Part shown: one piece after another, positions 15,260 through 18,343 of the stretch
Layout: the number at the start of each line of letters is the position of its first letter
Numbering within the stretch: position 1 is the stretch's first letter
Assembly: GCA_036679645.1 (NCBI GenBank)
Contig: JAZDCY010000001.1
Location: 1 to 18,343 of the forward strand
DNA from: Gemmatimonadota bacterium
GTDB lineage: Bacteria; Gemmatimonadota; Gemmatimonadetes; Gemmatimonadales; GWC2-71-9
Direction of reading: 5' to 3'
DNA length: 18,343 nucleotides
The notes under the pieces: model-generated
Told to the model about the DNA's origin: nothing
What the model saw: only the letters and a program-made list of their open reading frames with translations
Databases searched by the model: none
Translations under genes and position numbers: made by a program

Positions 15260-17086
15260 ATGCGCGTGCGTTTGGTGTTCGTAACCGGCAGTCAGGCCGG
15301 CACGACGATCGAGGTCCAGCAACAGGAGATAACGATCGGCCGTAATCCGCGGAGTACCGTCACTTTCCTGCCTGACGAAGTGGTCGTGTCGGGACGCCAC
15401 GCCAAGGTGTACGTCGAAAACGGTGTGGCGTACCTGCGCGACGAGGGAAGCCGCAACGGTACGTTCGTCAACGGACAACGCATCGACGTGATCGAGCTGG
15501 CACCGGGCCAGACGCTGATGTTTGGGCCCAACGGTCCCACCGCGCGCGTCGAGGCGGTGGACGCAGGAGTGGCCCCGGCCACGGCGTTCGTGCCCGAGAG
15601 CGCGCTCGGAGCCCCGCCCACCGTCAGTCCACCGGCCGCCGCACCGGCCGCCGCACCGGCCGCGGGCGCCGGGTCGGGATCGGGACTCACAGGGTTGTAC
15701 CACATGGCGCGCGCCGGCGCCGACCAGCGCGCCGGCGGACGCGCATCGCAGACGTCGATCATGAAGGAGTTCGTCCGACTCGCGGCCGATCGGACCTCCC
15801 GGCGCAACCGCATGATCATCGCCGGCGTCGCGGTGGGTGCCGTCATAGCGATCGCCGGCGTCTACATCTTGGGGCAGCGGCAACAGGCCGGTCTCGAGGG
15901 CGCCTTGGCCGAGTTGACCGGCGTGTTGGAGTCGGAGCGGGGTGCCCGCGCGGCGTTGCAGGAACAGCTGACCTCGCTGAGCGGCCAGGCCGAGGAATGG
16001 CAGATGGCGTCGGAATCGTTGCGGACGGAGACGGACGAGATGCGCCAGCAGGTGGCGCAGGGACAGCGCGAGCTGGCCCAGCAGCGGGCAGCGGTAGAGC
16101 AGGATCGGCGCTTCGGACCGACCGTCACGCAGCGCTTTGCCTCTGGCGTGGGGATTATCCAGGTCGTCTACGGCTACCGCGACGCGAGTGGGAGTTGGCT
16201 CCACCTGCAGGGTAACGCGGACGGCCGGATCGGCCTCACCACGTCGGGCGGTGTGCCGTTCGAGATGGCGGGGCACGGCACCGGGTTCCTGGTGGATGCG
16301 GAGGGATGGCTAATAACCAACCGGCACGTGGCCCAGATGGGGTTGGGCGAGCAACTGGAGATCGGCGGGCAGCATTTCGAGTCGCAACCGCGCCGCTCGC
16401 GCATCTATTTCCCGCCGGGCGACAAGGTGTACGATTTCACCGTCGAGGGCGTTTATCAAGGCGGTGAGAACGCCCCCGACCTGGGGCTGTTGCGGCTACA
16501 GACCCGACCATCCGGCGTCCCAGTGCTCCCCGTTGCTACGCGCGCGAACGTGGTGCCCGGCGAGGATGTCGTGATGCTCGGCTACCCGGGGGGTGCGGAG
16601 TTCACGACCGGGCGGGTTGGCGATCCCGCCATACGCGACGCCATGGTGCGTGCGGGCCAGCAGGCACAGTCCCAGTGGATCCAGCAGGGCAACTTGGGCC
16701 CGGCGTTCGAACGTCTCCAGCAGGTGCGGGATGGCAAGGCAGAAGCGCTCGGAACCGAAGATTTGCTCATCGGACTGCTTCGCCAGGTTGGGTATTTGGC
16801 CATGCTCGACGCGCAGGGTCAGCACCGGCAGATCCAACCGCACCTGGCGATGGCCTCGGTCAGCGACACGACGGCCCGAACGATCATCTATTCGGCCGTG
16901 GGCGGCTCGATCGGGGGCTCGAGTGGTGGGGCAATCATCGGCCGCGACTTGCTGGTTGTGGCGGTGAACTTCGCCGGCCAGGCCAAGGATGACCGGGGCA
17001 TGAGCATCCAGCGGCAGATTGGCGTCCCGGCCCGCTTCATCTGGGACCTGTTGCCAAGTAGCGTGGCGTCGCGGGCGCGGCACTGA
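15260..17086 (+). CDS. FHA domain - TM - coiled coil - trypsin-like serine protease
   Basis: FHA motifs IGR, SGRH and RNGTFVNG; TM MIIAGVAVGAVIAIAGVYILG; coiled coil. Protease motifs GTGFLV, TNRHV (His), PDLGLL (Asp), LGYP and GSSGG (Ser). Start 15260 (alternative GTG 15242). Confidence 0.9.
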   Translation: MRVRLVFVTGSQAGTTIEVQQQEITIGRNPRSTVTFLPDEVVVSGRHAKVYVENGVAYLRDEGSRNGTFVNGQRIDVIELAPGQTLMFGPNGPTARVEAVDAGVAPATAFVPESALGAPPTVSPPAAAPAAAPAAGAGSGSGLTGLYHMARAGADQRAGGRASQTSIMKEFVRLAADRTSRRNRMIIAGVAVGAVIAIAGVYILGQRQQAGLEGALAELTGVLESERGARAALQEQLTSLSGQAEEWQMASESLRTETDEMRQQVAQGQRELAQQRAAVEQDRRFGPTVTQRFASGVGIIQVVYGYRDASGSWLHLQGNADGRIGLTTSGGVPFEMAGHGTGFLVDAEGWLITNRHVAQMGLGEQLEIGGQHFESQPRRSRIYFPPGDKVYDFTVEGVYQGGENAPDLGLLRLQTRPSGVPVLPVATRANVVPGEDVVMLGYPGGAEFTTGRVGDPAIRDAMVRAGQQAQSQWIQQGNLGPAFERLQQVRDGKAEALGTEDLLIGLLRQVGYLAMLDAQGQHRQIQPHLAMASVSDTTARTIIYSAVGGSIGGSSGGAIIGRDLLVVAVNFAGQAKDDRGMSIQRQIGVPARFIWDLLPSSVASRARH

Positions 17087-17123
17087 TGGCTGTAACCCTC
17101 TCCGATTCGGTCATTTATCCCCC

Positions 17124-17152
17124 TTGACTGGGGGTGGCAGCCCGTCTACAAT
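17124..17152 (+). promoter_or_regulatory. rRNA operon sigma70 promoter
   Basis: TTGACT-17 nt-TACAAT about 190 nt upstream of 16S. Confidence 0.85.
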
Positions 17153-17191
17153 ACGGTGCTACGCAGGAATTTTTCTCGTTCCCGCGCAGCT

Positions 17192-17203
17192 TGCTCTTTG
17201 ATA
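17192..17203 (+). promoter_or_regulatory. rrn boxA antitermination element
   Basis: TGCTCTTTGATA versus consensus TGCTCTTTAACA, in the rRNA leader. Confidence 0.8.
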
Positions 17204-17337
17204 ATCGAAGCGAAACGGGATTGGAAAGATGTGCGGCCCTGTGACACGACGGCCGATCAGACGGTTGTCGGTGAGGGAAGTACTCTGATTTTTTGTGATT
17301 CGGACGATCAGTCGTTCGAGGAGCTAATCGAATTTCT

Positions 17338-18343
<1,006 letters not shown>

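Noticed and set aside
15630..15665. GCACCGGCCGCC tandem repeat (also the poly-Gly tracts at ~4325-4350 and ~13590-13622)
   Set aside because: In-frame low-complexity linkers within proteins.

Overview
High-GC bacterial window; the 16S signature and protein types suggest Gemmatimonadota (inference). Bases 1-~2550 are the right end of a lower-GC genomic island. They hold an IS256-family right end, two small envelope genes and a frameshifted gene, and stop at a duplicated 3' half of tRNA-Arg(TCT), an attR-like site. The chromosomal part begins with a lipoprotein, a MOSC protein, and an XRE regulator divergent from a small unknown gene, with two matching TGCA-N4-TGCATAG operators. Next come a stand-alone integrase-arm-like ORF, a candidate ~115-nt sigma54-dependent small RNA, a pilin-like fragment and a sorbosone/glucose dehydrogenase. 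These are followed by a kinase-less PAS-PAS-PAS-pseudo-receiver gene behind a second sigma54 promoter, an Ig-domain lipoprotein and an outer-membrane beta-barrel. A transmembrane Ser/Thr kinase (Ig + 7 RCC1 repeats) lies head-to-head with a transmembrane FHA-trypsin protease. The window ends in an rRNA promoter, boxA and a partial 16S gene that lacks about 145-150 universally conserved nt at 18180/18181. All calls come from reading the sequence by eye; no database searches were run.
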